This document shows positions 40,415 to 54,268 of a stretch of 64,000 nt of DNA, in pieces. How positions within the stretch are numbered: the stretch's first letter is position 1; each line of letters opens with the position of its first letter. The stretch covers positions 124,001-188,000 of the forward strand of contig JAPDFW010000069.1 of assembly GCA_028826165.1 (NCBI GenBank), written 5' to 3'. Source of the DNA: Anaeramoeba ignava BMAN. Taxonomy: Eukaryota > Protista > Anaeramoebae. Under the pieces are notes generated by a model. That model saw nothing but the letters and a program-made list of their open reading frames with translations, searched no databases and was not told the DNA's origin. The position numbers and the translations under genes are program-made.

Positions 40415-43400
40415 TTATTTAATTTTTGGAATAACAAAATTTCCAAAATTTGAAGAAAGAATTTGGAAAGGATTTGATTTTGATTTTAATTTTGAATTTA
40501 ATTTTGAATTAATTTGATCTTTTGTTTTAGATAATTTTGAACGTAATTTTTTTGAATTTTGATTAATTTCTTTATCATTTTCTTTATCATTTTCTTTTAA
40601 ATTTTCTTTATCATTTTCTTTATCATTTTCTTTTAAATTTTCTTTTAAATTTTCTTTTAAATTTTCTTTTGAATTTTCTTTTAAATTTAAATTAGAATTA
40701 TTTGGAATTTTTCTTTTTTTGTTTTGTTTTTTAATTCCACTTTTTGGTTGAGAAATATTTTGAATAATATTATTTGTTTTTGAATCTTGAAAAGGAATTA
40801 TTTTTTTATTTTGTTGAATTTCTTCACTTAAAGAATCATAATCATAATCATAATCACTTTGATATTCTTGTTCAATTTCTTCTTTATTACTTTCTTGACT
40901 TGATAATTGATTAAAAGAATCAGGAATATCTTTTTTTCTTTTAGTTCTTGAAACTTTTTTTTGATTTTGTTTTTTTTTATCATCTTCTTTTTTCGAAGAA
41001 TTTTTATTTTTATTTTTATTCTTGTTTTTATTTTTGTTTTTGTTTTTGTTTTTGTTTTTATGTTTATGTTTATGTTTATGTTTATGTTCTTTTTCTTGTT
41101 TTTGTTTTTCTTGTTTTTGATCTGAACTTAAATTTGAACTAATATTTTCAGATTCCTGTTTTGGTTTTATTTTTCTTTTTGAATTTTTGTAAGCTTTTCT
41201 ATTTTTTGGAGATTTTTTAGATCTTAAATTTCTTTTTGATTTTTTTTTGTTGTTCTTTTTTTTCTGTTCTTCTTTTTTTATTTCTTCTTCTTTTTTCTGT
41301 TCTTCTTTTTTCTGTTCTTCTTTTTTTATTTCTTCTTCTTTTTTCTGTTCTTCTTTTTTCTGTTCTTCTTTTTTCTGTTCTTCTTCTTTTATTTCTTCTT
41401 TTTTTATTTCTTCTTCTTTTATTTGTTCTTCTTTTTTGATTTCTGTTGTAATTGGCAAATTGGAAATCTTCATATTTAAATCTTCAATTTCTTTTTTTGC
41501 TTTTTCTTTTGATAATTTATGTTTATTTCTTAATAAATTATATTGATTTTGAAGTTTAGAAAATTTTTCTTCGAAATTTTGTTGAGATTGAAATTCTTGT
41601 TTTAATGTTATGTCTCCTTTCATTTGACTCAATTGATTTTCAAGTTCGATGATTTTGGAAGCATGTTTTTCTTCATTCTTTTTTAATTTCTCAAGAAGTT
41701 CAATGTTTTGTCTTTCTAATTCTTCATAACGTTTTTGCATTTCTTGTTCTTTTTGTTCTTCTTTTTGTTCTTCTTTTTGTTCTTCTTCTTGAGAAGTTAA
41801 ATTTGAATAATTTGATGAATTAATCAAATCTTGAGCAGAATTGTAATTTTCTTGTTGAATATCGAATTGTTTTTCAAGATGTAATTTTGTAATGTTAAAG
41901 GAATCCAATTTGTGTTGATTAATCTCAATTTTATGATCAAAAAGCATTTTTTGCTTTTCCATTTCTGCTTGGTCGAGTTTGCATAACAAACAAAATTTCA
42001 AAAATTCAAGAGTAGTGTTTTCTTTGGAAGTGATAGTGAACTTCTCTTCCATTTCTTTGTATTTCTCCTCGTGCTTTGCAAGTAGTTTCTTTTGTGATTT
42101 AATTTCATCTTCAAGTTTTTGGATTTGGGATTGATATTTTTGCTCTTCATTCAATTTGGCTTGAGAATTTTCATTTTTTAATCTTTCTAGTTCTTGGGAA
42201 TGAGTTTTTTTAAGAGTTTCAATTTCTGTAGCACGTTCATCGACAAGTTTCTGGAGGATTTCAAATTGATTTTTTTGAGCAAGAAGTGATTCTGATGTGA
42301 TTTGAGGTTGATCGAAATCAAGATTGATTGATGTATAATTTTTGATAGCTTTTGCTTTATGGGCGTATTGGAGAGAAGACAACGTAGTAGAATAGTTATC
42401 AGCATGCTGATTCAAAGTTGTGATCATAACTGTTTTTGAGTTTCCGCCAAGGGAATCCTTCAAAAGCATTGTGAGTCGGGAATCGCGATAAGGAACAATG
42501 AAGTTGGTTTTGTTTTTGCATTTTTTGTAGAGAATCAAAAGAACATTTGTCAATGCAGTCAAAGAAGAGTTGATTTTGCATGTTTCCACAAGAGTATCGC
42601 CCTCAGTTTTGGCAGCAGTTAGTCTCTCGCTTCCTGCAAGATCAACGATATTAAGCTTACTGATCTTTGTTTTGACATCGTTTTCCTTTTTGCTGTGGAT
42701 TGTTAGTGTGAGTATTGAATGTGATCTTGAACTTGAAAAATTTGATTTTGTTTCTGAAACGGCTCGCACTCGCTGTCCGATTTCAATGAATTCGAGTGCT
42801 TCTTTGCGTGTTGTGATCGGGAGATTGAGAGTAGGCGATCCTGTGAGTACCATTTCTCCTGTGTCGGGTCTTTCGTGCAATTCAATTTTGGGGAGAAATT
42901 TGATGAGCTGCCATCTTTCCATTTTTTTCAAGCTTCTTTCGGATGTGCGAGGATTAAGAAGATCATAAATATAATTGTTATAAAGCTCAACATATGAAAT
43001 TGAGATTGTGTAGTTGATTTCAGGATTTTGTTCACAAGTTGAAAAAAGATAATCCACTATTTTTGGGATTAGACCTGGTTTTTTTTTTGTTCCTGAAATT
43101 GTATAAGTTTTTCCACTTCCAGTTTCACTATTTAATTGAAAATTTTTTTTCTTTTTTAAAATTTGTTTTTTTTTATTATAATTTATTTAATCAATTTACC
43201 CATAAGCTAAGATCGTTGAATTATATCCATCAAGTGCAAAATCAACAAAAGGTTTGATATTTGAGAAAATTTCATCTTGAGAAGACTGAGCTGGAAAAAC
43301 TCGATCAAATGTATAACTTTTGCTATTTGAACTTCTTTTTGAAGGAGTTCTTGAAATTTTTGAAAGAGGTGTTCCAGAAATGTTATGGAATGAAAAATCT

Positions 43401-43627
43401 TGAGAATGTTTTTCGGATATTTTTTGAGGAGTTTTGTTTGTTTTTTCATTTAGATTTGGTGCGAATGGAGGTAAACTTTGTCTTCTTTTTCTTCTTGGTG
43501 TTGTTTGAGGAATTGGATCAGGTTTAGTTATCATAATCATTTTTTCTGATGAACGAATACAACTTTTATGAATATTTTCAGTTTCGATTGGTTTTATTCT
43601 AACATAAACAGAAATTGGTTCTTCCAT
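40415..43627 (-). CDS. Kinesin with N-terminal motor domain, coiled coil and low-complexity basic tail
   Basis: Exons 43627-43200 and 43127-40415. VYVRIKP, YTFDRVF, spliced P-loop AYGETGSGKTYT, SYVELYN, SSRSH, IVDLAGSER, VPYRDSRLTMLLKDSLGGNSKT. Confidence 0.95.
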
Positions 43628-43775
43628 TTTAAATAAGAAAAAATAAAAAATTTAATTTAATTTAATTTCGTTAAAAAAAAAAATGAATAAATAAAAATAA
43701 AAATAAAAAATAAAAATAAATTTTTAACGATTAAATTCAAAATTTCAATTAAAAAAATTAATAAATATTCGTTAA

Positions 43776-46700
43776 AAATTCAAATTAAATTTATTTAAAA
43801 AATTCAAATTTATTTAAAAAAAATGGAATTAAATTTATTTAAAAAATGTGGAATTAAATTTATTTAAAAAATTGGAATTAAATTTATTTAAAAAATTGAA
43901 ATTAAATTTATTTAAAAATGAAATTAAATTTATTTAAAAAAATGGAATTAAATTTATTTAAAAAATTGTGGAATTAAATTTATTTAAAAAATTCAAATTA
44001 AATTTATTTAAAAAATTGGAATTAAATTTATTTAAAAATGTGGAATTAAATTTATTTAAAAAATTAGAATTAAATTTATTTAAAAAATTAGAATTAAATT
44101 TATTTAAAAAAGTGGAATTAAATTTATTTAAAAAATTAGGAATTAAATTTATTTAAAAATTGGAATTAAATTTATTTAAAAATTGGAATTAAATTTATTT
44201 AAAAATAGGAATTAAATTTATTTAAAAAATTAGAATTAAATTTATTTAAAAAGTGGAATTAAATTTATTTAAAAAATTGGAATTAAATTTATTTAAAAAA
44301 TTCAAATTAAATTTATTTAAAAAATAGAATTAAATTTATTTAAAAAAGTGGAATTAAATTTATTTAAAAAAATGGAATCTAATTTATTTAAAAAAATAGA
44401 ATTAAATTTATTTAAAAAATGGAATTAAATTTATTTAAAAAAATAGAATTAAATTTATTTAAAAAATGGAATTAAATTTATTTAAAAAATGGAATTAAAT
44501 TTATTTAAAAAATGGAATTAAATTTATTTAAAAAATGGAATTAAATTTATTTAAAAAATTGGAATTAAATTTATTTAAAGTGGAATAACATTAAAAAGTG
44601 GAATTAAATTTATTTAAAAATTCAAATTAAATTTATTTAAAAAAATTCAAATTAAATTTATTTAAAAAATTAGAATTAAATTTATTTAAAAAAATGGAAT
44701 TAAATTTATTTAAAAAAGTGGAATTAAATTTATTTAAAAAATAGGAATTAAATTTATCTAAAAAAATGGAATTAAATTTATTTAAAAAAATAGAATTAAA
44801 TTTATTTAAAAAATTCAAATTAAATTTATTTAAAAAAATGGAATTAAATTTATTTAAAAATTCGAATTAAATTTATTTAAAAATTGAATTAAATTTATTT
44901 AAAAAATTAGAATTAAATTTATTTAAAAAAATTCAAATTAAATTTATTTAAAAAATTAGAATTAAATTTATTTAAAAAATTCAAATTAAATTTATTTAAA
45001 AAAATAGAATTAAATTTATTTAAAAAGTTAGAATTAAATTTATTTAAAAATGTGGAATTAAATTTATTTAAAAAATTGGAATTAAATTTATTTCAAAAAA
45101 TAGGAATTAAATTTATTTAAAAAAAGTGGAATTAAATTTATTTAGAAAATTGGAAATTAAATTTATTAAAAAAATGGAATTAAATTTATTTAAAAGAATT
45201 GGAATTAAATTTATTTCAAAAAATAGGAATTAAATTTATTTAAAAAAAGTGGAATTAAATTTATTTAAAAAAATTCAAATTAAATTTATTTAAAAAATTC
45301 AATTTAAATTTATTTAAAAAATGGAAATTAAATTTATTAAAAAAAAATTGAAATTAAATTTATTTAAAAAATTGGAATTAAATTTATTTAAAAAATTAGA
45401 ATTAAATTTATTTAAAAAAATGGAATTAAATTTATTTAAAAATGGAATTAAATTTATTTAAAAATGGAATTAAATTTATTTAAAAATATGGAATTAAATT
45501 TATTTAAAAAAAGTGGAATTAAATTTATTTAAAAATGGAATTAAATTTATTTAAAAAGTGGAATTAAATTTATTTAAAAAAATGGAATTAAATTTATTTA
45601 AAAAAATGGAATTAAATTTATTTAAAAAATTCAAATTAAATTTATTTAAAAAAATAGAATTAAATTTATTTAAAAAAATAGAATTAAATTTATTTAAAAA
45701 AATAGAATTAAATTTATTTAAAAAAATGGAATTAAATTATTTAAAAAAAATAGAATTAAATTTATTTAAAAAAAATGGGATTAAATTTATTTAAAAAATT
45801 CTAATTAAATTTATTTAAAAAATTAGAATTAAATTTATTTAAAAAATTCAAATTAAATTTATTTAAAAAATATGGAATTAAATTTATTTAAAAAATATGG
45901 AATTAAATTTATTTAAAAAAATAGAATTAAATTTATTTAAAAAAAATGGAATTAAATTTATTTAAAAAAATAGAATTAAATTTATTTAAAAATTAGAATT
46001 AAATTTATTTAAAAAAATGGAATTAAATTTATTTAAAAATGTGGAATTAAATTTATTTAAAGAATTCTAATTAAATTTATTTAAAATAATTCTAATTAAA
46101 TTTATTTAAAAATATGGAATTAAATTTATTTAAAAAAAATTAAATTTATTTAAAAATAGAATTAAATTTATTTAAAAAATGTGGAATTAAATTTATTTAA
46201 AAAATGGAATTAAATTTATTTAAAAAATTGGAATTAAATTTATTTAAAAAATTAAATTAAATTTATTTAAAAATTCAAATTAAATTTATTTAAAAAGTGG
46301 AATTAAATTTATTTAAAAAATTCAAAAAAAAATTGGAATTAAATTTATTTAAAAATTGGAATTAAATTTATTTAAAAATGTGGAATTAAATTTATTTAAA
46401 AATAGAATTAAATTTATTTAAAAATAGAATTAAATTTATTTAAAAATAGAATTAAATTTATTTAAAAAAATGGAATTAAATTTATTTAAAAAATTCTAAT
46501 TAAATTTATTTAAAAAGTGGAATTAAATTTATTTAAAAAATTCGAATTAAATTTATTTAAAAAAATAGGAATTAAATTTATTTAAAAATTCGAATTAAAT
46601 TTATTTAAAAAATTAGAATTAAATTTATTTAAAAATTCGAATTAAATTTATTTAAAAAGTTGGAATTAAATTTATTTAAAAAAATGGAATTAAATTTATT

Positions 46701-46955
46701 TAAAAAATGGAATTAAATTTATTTAAAAAATGGAATTAAATTTATTTAAAAAGTTGGAATTAAATTTATTTAAAAATGTGGAATTAAATTTATTTAAAAA
46801 GTGGAATTAAATTTATTTAAAAATTCAAATTAAATTTATTTAAAAAATGTGGAATTAAATTTATTTAAAAAATTAGAATTAAATTTATTTAAAAAAGTGG
46901 AATCTAATTTATTTTATCTAAATTTATTTCAAAAAATAAAAAGTGGAATTAAATT
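43776..46955. repeat. Intergenic minisatellite, about 22-25-nt unit (xxGAATTAAATTTATTTAAAAA)
   Basis: About 3.2 kb. Constant core AATTAAATTTATTTAAAA with a short variable linker (TGG, GTGG, TTAG, TTCA, TTCG, TAGG, TTCT). Confidence 0.95.
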
Positions 46956-49088
46956 TTAAAAGATAAAATTTCATGATCATCAGAACAAGAAAAAATTTGA
47001 TTATCTTTTGCATTGAAAGCTAAATCTAAAATCATTGAATGATGTCCATAAAATGTTCTAACATTTTCCGCATTTCTTGTATCCCAAACACGAACTGTTT
47101 GATCAATAGAACCTGAAATTATTAAAGGATCAGTTGGATGCCAAAGAATTTTTGTTACTCCTTCCTAATTTCCAAAATTAAAAATTAAAAATTAAAATTA
47201 TATTTGGAAAGAAAGAAAAAAAAAGTAATAAATACATCATGAACCATTTTGTTTCTTAATCTTAAAGTTCCTAAATCCCAAATACGAACATCACCTGTTA
47301 ATGAACCAGTTGCGAATAAAGGCATTCTTTTAAATTTTATTATAAATTTGATTATAAATTTGATTATAAATTTGATTATAAATATAATTATAAATTTGAT
47401 TATAAATATAATTATAAATTTAATTATAAATTTGATTATAAATATAATTATAAATTTAATTATATATTTGATTATAAATTTAATTATAAATTTTGATTAT
47501 AAATTTAATTATAAATTTAATTATAAATTTGATTATAAATATAATTATAAATTTGTTTATAAATTTGATTATAAATTTGATTATAAATTTGATTATAAAT
47601 TTAATTATAAATTTGATTATAAATTTAATTATAAATTTGATTATAAATATAATTATAAATTTAATTATAAATTTTAATTACGTTGGAGAAAATCCAACAG
47701 ATTCAACTGAACCAAGAAATTTTTGCGGTTTTTCATCATTTTCATCATTTTCATCATTTTCATCTTCATCTTCATCTTCATCTTCATCATTCTTTTCTAA
47801 TTTTTGAAGTTTTTTTGGAATAAAATTACTTTTTGCTTGTCCACCATCAAAAGTACCTAAAACTTTTAATCTTTCAATATGACATAAAATAGCTGTTCCA
47901 TCTTTTGAGCCTAATAAAAATAAATAAAAATATAAATATAAATATAAATATAAATATAAATATAAATATAAATATAAATATAAATATAAATATAAATATA
48001 AATATAAATATAAATATAAATATAAATATAAATATAAATATAAATATAAATATAAATATAAATATAAATATAAATATAAATATAAATATAAATATAAATA
48101 TAAATGAAATAAATATTTCTTCTTTCATTTATATACCTGAAAGAAGTAAAGAATTATTAGAATCAATTTCTAAAGAAGTTAAACCAGCTTTATGAAATCT
48201 TAAACCAGAAAATTCTTGAGTAGTTGTAGCAAGTTTTGGATCCCAAATTCTTGCAGTACCATCTTCACTTCCAGTAACAACTCTCTTTCCATTTGGAGAA
48301 AAACCTCCACAAGTAATTGATCCTTTATGACCTGCAAACATATTAAGAAAATTTCCTTTTGCATTAAACATCCAACAAGTACCATCAGCACATCCAACCA
48401 AAAAAACTAAACCAATAGGATGCCATTTAACCCATTCAATGGATTCTGTTGGCCCTTCTGCTGTGACTTGCTTTCCTGTTGATAACTTAGTAATTTTCAC
48501 AGTTCCATCCATACATCCCATTGCAAGAAATTCTCCATTTGCACTGAAATCTAAACAAGAAACTGTCTCTTGAAAATCTCGATATTCTTGATCTGGTAAA
48601 ACTTTTTTGTTTGTAATTGTGGAAAGTTCTGGGTTTTTCCAAATCATACAAGTTTCATCTCCTCCTCCACTTGCAAGAATATTTTTTGTTGAACAATAAG
48701 AAAGACAATAAACAGAATCTTTTCATTTTAAATTTTTATATAATTATATTCAATTAAAAAAGAAATTTCAATATTTTAAATATAATATATATGTAAAAAC
48801 AAAAAACTACCATTATGCCCAATAAATTGAAGAATAGAATCATTTTGAGGAGGTTCAAATTTATTATTTTGTTCATCATCTTCATCTGAAAAAGAATTAT
48901 CATTATCATCTTCAATAATTTCAATTTCATTTTCAATTTCATTTTCATTTTCATTTTCATTTTCATTTTCATTTTCATTTTCATTTTCATTTTCATTTTC
49001 ATTTTCATTTTCATTTTCATTTTCATTTTCATTTTCATCTTTATTTTCTTTAATTTCTTTATTTTCTTTAATTTTCTTTTTTTTCCAT
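46949..49088 (-). CDS. WD40-repeat protein, SQT1/AAMP-like (uL16 chaperone family)
   Basis: Acidic N-terminus, then F.GH.DSVY, LASGGGDET..IW, LAMGCMDG, IEWVKWHPIG.VFLVGCADG..WM, FAGHKGSITCGGFSPNGKRVVTGSEDGT.RIWDPK, SCSDDH. Stop at 46949. The ATG at 49088 needs a 1-nt correction in an A run to join the frame. Confidence 0.82.
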
Positions 49089-49164
49089 TTTGTTTTTTAA
49101 AAAAGAGAGAAAAAAAATGAAAAAATTTTTTTCATTTTTTTCTTTTTCATTTTTTTTTTTGATT
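49089..49164. promoter_or_regulatory. Bidirectional promoter (WD40 / TAP42) with initiator-like motifs
   Basis: 76 nt containing AAAAATGAAAAA and two TTTCATTTTT copies in opposite orientation. Confidence 0.6.
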
Positions 49165-50661
49165 ATGCAAAAGATAAATTCACTTCCTTCTTTATTTTTT
49201 TCAGCAGAAAAGATGGCTCAAGAAATAATTGATGGACCAAATGATCAAAAAAAAGTATAGTTTATTAATTTATTTGAAATCCAAAAAATAAAAAAATTTT
49301 TTATTTATTTTTATAATTTTAATCTATTAATTTAATTTATTAATAAGTCATTTGAATGTATAAAATTATTTGAAGAAATTTCTGTAAGAATTCGAAGAGA
49401 AAGTCTTTTCAGTCCAAATGAAACTGTTGATGATGTGCAAACTGGATATTTGAAGTATCTATTAACACCTTATTATCTTGCTCAATTAAAACAACAAATT
49501 ATGGCAAATAGATATCAAATGTGCAAAGAAGCAAAAGTACAATTTAAAAATAATTTCTTTTTAATTTAAAAAATAATTTCTTTTTCATTTAAAAAACATT
49601 TCTTTTTCATTTAAAAAATAATTTCTTTTTCATTTAAAAATAATTTCTTTTTCATTTAAAAAATAATTTCTTAGATTTTAAATCAATCTTTTATTGAAAA
49701 ATGTATTGAACTTGATATTATTGATGATGAGGTTTGATAAAAATAATTAATTAATTAATTTTTGTTCCACTTTTTCTTTATATTAAAAACAAATAATTCA
49801 AACAAAAGGATAAAAAACTTTTTCACAAGAAAAAATTAACCGAAACTCAAAAAAGAGAAACAAAAATTGCAATATTTAAGAAAAAGAAAGCATTAGAAGG
49901 CCAACTTAAACAACTTGAATCACATATTAATTTGACAAATATTCAAAGCAATGATAATTCTGAGAAAAAAAACTACATCTCAAACAGTGAAACACAAAAT
50001 ATTGATGAAATTGATTTGGATAAAGATGTTGAAGATATTCAAAGACGTTACTATATTTTAAAAATCAAGTTTTTATTCCAAAAAGCAATAGAAGACATTT
50101 CATTAATTGAACAAGAGATTCAAATGTTAGAATTTATGCAAAAAAATTCTGAAAAAATTGAAAAGGAAAAAGAATCCAAAAATTATGATCCAAAAAATTC
50201 AATGTCAAATGATCCACAAAAAAAGCCTTTTATTTTACACATTCCTAATGTAAAACAAAAACAAAAACAAAAACAAAAACAAAAACAATTTGACATTAAT
50301 TATTATTATTCTTCTTTTTTTTTTGATTTTATTTTAATTAGGAAAATCGAGCAAAAGAAATTCAAAGAGATATGTTTAAGCCATATGTTAAAATGGGAAG
50401 ACCAATGACAGAAAAAGAATTTCAAGAAGAATTAATTCAAGATGGTGTTTATGCACAAAAGTAAAATTTATTCATTTTTGATCAATTTTATTTTTTTTTT
50501 TGATCAAATTTTTATTTTTTTTTAGACAAGAAAAACCAACTCCAAAACTTGATGCTGATGATGAAAAAGAAGCAGATGAAGCTCTTTATCAAGCTAGAGA
50601 ATGGGATGATTTTAAAGATGCTAATCCAACTGGATGGGGAAATAGAATGACTCGTTTTTAA
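49165..50661 (+). CDS. TAP42: TAP42/alpha4 (IGBP1) PP2A regulatory protein, multi-exon
   Basis: LFSPNETVDDVQTGYLKYLLTPYYLAQL, KRETKI..FK, IEQEIQML and the terminal AREWDDFKDANPTGWGNRM motif; GT-AG introns. Confidence 0.88.
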
Positions 50662-51033
50662 TAAATTTGTTAAAGTCAAAAAAACAAGACAAAAAAAAAT
50701 TTTTTTTCATTTTTCGTTCCACTTTTTTTTTTGATCATTCTTTTTCTTTTCAAATTCAAATTCAAATTCAAATTCTTTTTCTTTTTCTTTGAACCACAGA
50801 TTTGATTGTTTTGTGTGTTTCTCTGCAAATTTTGAATTCAATTCCCACAAAAACAAATCATTTACTTTGATTTTCATTTTGTTTTAATACAAAAGAATTA
50901 AAAGAAAAAGAATTAAAAAGAAAAAAAATTAAAAGAAAAAGAATTGAAAAGAAATTGATAAAAGAATTAAAAGAAATTGATAAAATAAAATTTTTCATTT
51001 TTTTTCATTTTTTGTTTTTTGTTGGATTTGTTA

Positions 51034-54000
51034 ATGAATAAAGAAAGAATTCAACAAATTGAGAATCAAAAAAATACAATAAAACAATTAAAATCAACTT
51101 CATTTGAAAAGTTGAGTAGGAGACTTTCTCCTCAATTTAATAGTAAAGAATTTATAAATGATTATAAAAAAAAAATGAAAATGATTCGAGATTTAGAAAA
51201 AACAATTCCTCAAGAAATGCTTCAATGGGAAATTCAATTCCAATCAAAGTAAAATCAACCAAAATTACTTTTTCTTTGATTTGGATTGAATTGATTTGAT
51301 TTTTTTCAAATAAAAAGTTTAGAATCATTATCTCCAATGACTGAATTTGATTATGTTGAAGCTGCTTTACAAAAAGAATTGGTATTATTTCCGATAATTT
51401 TTATTTGATATTCACTTTAATTGGAAAAAGAATTAAAACTTGTTTTTTTATTTAAACAAAAATATTTGGAAATAAGGATGAATTGAAAAAAACTGATATT
51501 ACTAATTTAACGAAAAAGGATAGAATACAAAAAATTCAAGAATTAATAGCGAAAGATATGCCTCATCTATCATCATTAAAAAATCAGGATAATTCCCTAA
51601 CATTTCCAATGAGGTAGAAGGAGTGTAGATATAATAATAATATCTATATTTAAATTATTAGAAAAGTTAATTAGGAAAATTTTATATTGTTTTTTATTTT
51701 TATTAAAGGGAAGAAGAAAATACAAACCAAGAAATAATTATTTCTGAAAATAGTGAAAAAAATGAGATTAATGAAAACCAACAAATAGAAGATACTGATG
51801 AATTAGATGATCCAATTACAATTTTTACAGTGGATGTTTATGATATTGATCATAGAAACGAATTAGATCTTACACAAACTATAGAATTACTTGGAAATCA
51901 ATATTTGACAACTTTAAAGGATTTTATTGAATGTGCAACTGAACATATTATTGAGGATTTAGAGAAAGAAAAAGTTGAAATTATGCCAAATATTCCAATC
52001 AACAAAGAAAATTTCAAATCAGGATATTTTTTTATAAATAATACATTTTATAATGATCTTCGAGAGGAAGTTAATATAGATTATTCAAGGTAATATAAAA
52101 TTAAAATTAAATCAAATTTAAATTAAAATTAAATCAAAATTAAATTAAAATTAAATTAAAATTAAATCAAAATTAAATCAAAATTAAATTAAAATTAAAT
52201 CAAAATTAAATCAAAATTAAATCAAAATTAAATCAAAATTAAATCAAAATTAAATCAAAATTAAATCAAAATTAAATCAAAATTAAATCAAAATTAAATC
52301 AAAATTAAATCAAAATTAAATCAAAAATTAAATCAAAATTAAATCAAAATTAAATCAAAATTAAATCAAAATTAAATCAAAATTAAATCAAAATTAAATC
52401 AAAATTAAATCAAAATTAAATCAAAATTAAATCAAAATTAAATCAAAATTAAATCAAAATTAAATCAAAATTAAATCAAAAATTAAATCAAAATTAAATC
52501 AAAATTAAATCAAAATTAAATCAAAAATTAAATCAAAATTAAATCAAAATTAAATCAAAATTAAAATTAAAATTAAATCAAAATCAAAAATTAAAATTAA
52601 ATCAAAAATTAAATCAAAATTAAATCAAAATTAAATTAAATCAAAATTAAATCAAAATTAAATCAAAATTAAATCAAAATTAAATCAAAATTAAATCAAA
52701 ATTAAATTAAAATTAAATCAAAATTAAATTAAAATTAAATCAAAATTAAATCAAAATTAAATCAAAATTAAATCAAAATTAAATTAAAATTAAATTAAAA
52801 TTAAATCAAAATTAAATCAAAATTAAATCAAAATTAAATTAAAATTAAATCAAAATTAAATCAAAATTAAATTAAAATTAAATCAAAATTAAATTAAAAT
52901 TAAATTAAAATTAAATCAAAATTAAATCAAAATTAAATCAAAATCAAAATTAAAATCAAAATTAAATTAAAATTAAATCAAAATTAAATCAAAATTAAAT
53001 TAAAATTAAATTAAAATTAAATTAAAATTAAATCAAAATTAAATCAAAATTAAATCAAAATTAAATCAAAATTAAATCAAAATTAAATCAAAATTAAATC
53101 AAAATTAAATCAAAATTAAATCTAAAATTAAATCAAAATTAAATCAAAATTAAATCAAAATTAAATCAAAAATTAAATTAAAATTAAATCAAAATTAAAT
53201 TAAAATTAAATCAAAATTAAATCAAAATTAAATCAAAATTAAATCAAAATTAAATCAAAATTAAATCAAAATTAAATCAAAATTAAATCAAAATTAAATC
53301 AAAATTAAATTAAAATTAAATCAAAATTAAATTAAAATTAAATCAAAATTAAATCAAAATTAAATCAAAATTAAATCAAAATTAAATTAAAATTAAATCA
53401 AAATTAAATCAAAATTAAATCAAAATTAAAATCAAAATTAAATTAAATTAAATCAAAATTAAATCAAAATTAAATTAAAATTAAATTAAAATTAAATTAA
53501 AATTAAATTAAAATTAAATTAAAATTAAATTAAAATTAAATCAAAATTAAATCAAAATTAAATCAAAATTAAATCAAAATTAAATCAATATTAAATTAAA
53601 ATTAAATCAAAATTAAATCAAAATCAAAATTAAATCAAAATCAAAATTAAATCAAAATTAAATCAATACTAAATCAAATTTAAATCAAAATTAAATCAAA
53701 ATTAAATCAAAATTAAATCAAAATCAAAATCAAAATTAAATTAATATTAAATAAAAATTAGACAAATTATTGAATGGTCTAAACAAAATAAAAGATTTCT
53801 TGAAAGAGATTTTTATAATTTTGATTCGAAAAAAATGGAAGAAACAAAATTTAATGATTTAGTTTTTCGAATAAATGAACCTTATATATTTACTCATTAT
53901 GGAGATTGTACTCATGTAATTGTGTTTACTTTAGTTAGAATAAAACATGAAAATGATCCACCAAATGAAAATTTTCCTCTTAAAACTTATCCAATTAAAA

Positions 54001-54179
54001 AAAAGAAAAATTGTGTTTTTTGTAAAAAAAGATTAGCAACAAAAATTGTTGTTAATGATCAATTATGTCCAAGTAATCAAGCATTATTTTGTGATGATTG
54101 TTTTGAAAAATTACATTATTCAGAAAATGGAGATCTTTTATATTCAGATTTTGAAGTTTATCCATATTATCAAATATGA
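51034..54179 (+). CDS. SNAPC3: snRNA-activating protein complex subunit 3 (SNAP50), multi-exon
   Basis: SGYFFINNTFYNDLR...DYS|RQIIEW, MEETKFNDL.FRINEPY.FTHYGDC.H and C-terminal zinc finger C..C...FCDDCFEKLHY...DFEVYPY. Intron 52090-53761 in phase. Confidence 0.88.
52100..53745. repeat. Intronic 11-mer satellite (AAATTAAATCA)n
   Basis: Fills the 1672-nt SNAPC3 intron. Confidence 0.95.
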
Positions 54180-54268
54180 AGATTTGATTAATAAAAAAAA
54201 TTTTTTTTTTCAATTTTCAATTTTCATTTTTTTCAATTTTCAATTTTTTTAAAAGAAAATAAAACAAA

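Noticed and set aside
43776-46955. CRISPR-like constant repeat with variable spacers
   Set aside because: The variable parts are only 3-7 nt drawn from a few recurring variants, the context is eukaryotic and there are no cas genes; it is a minisatellite.
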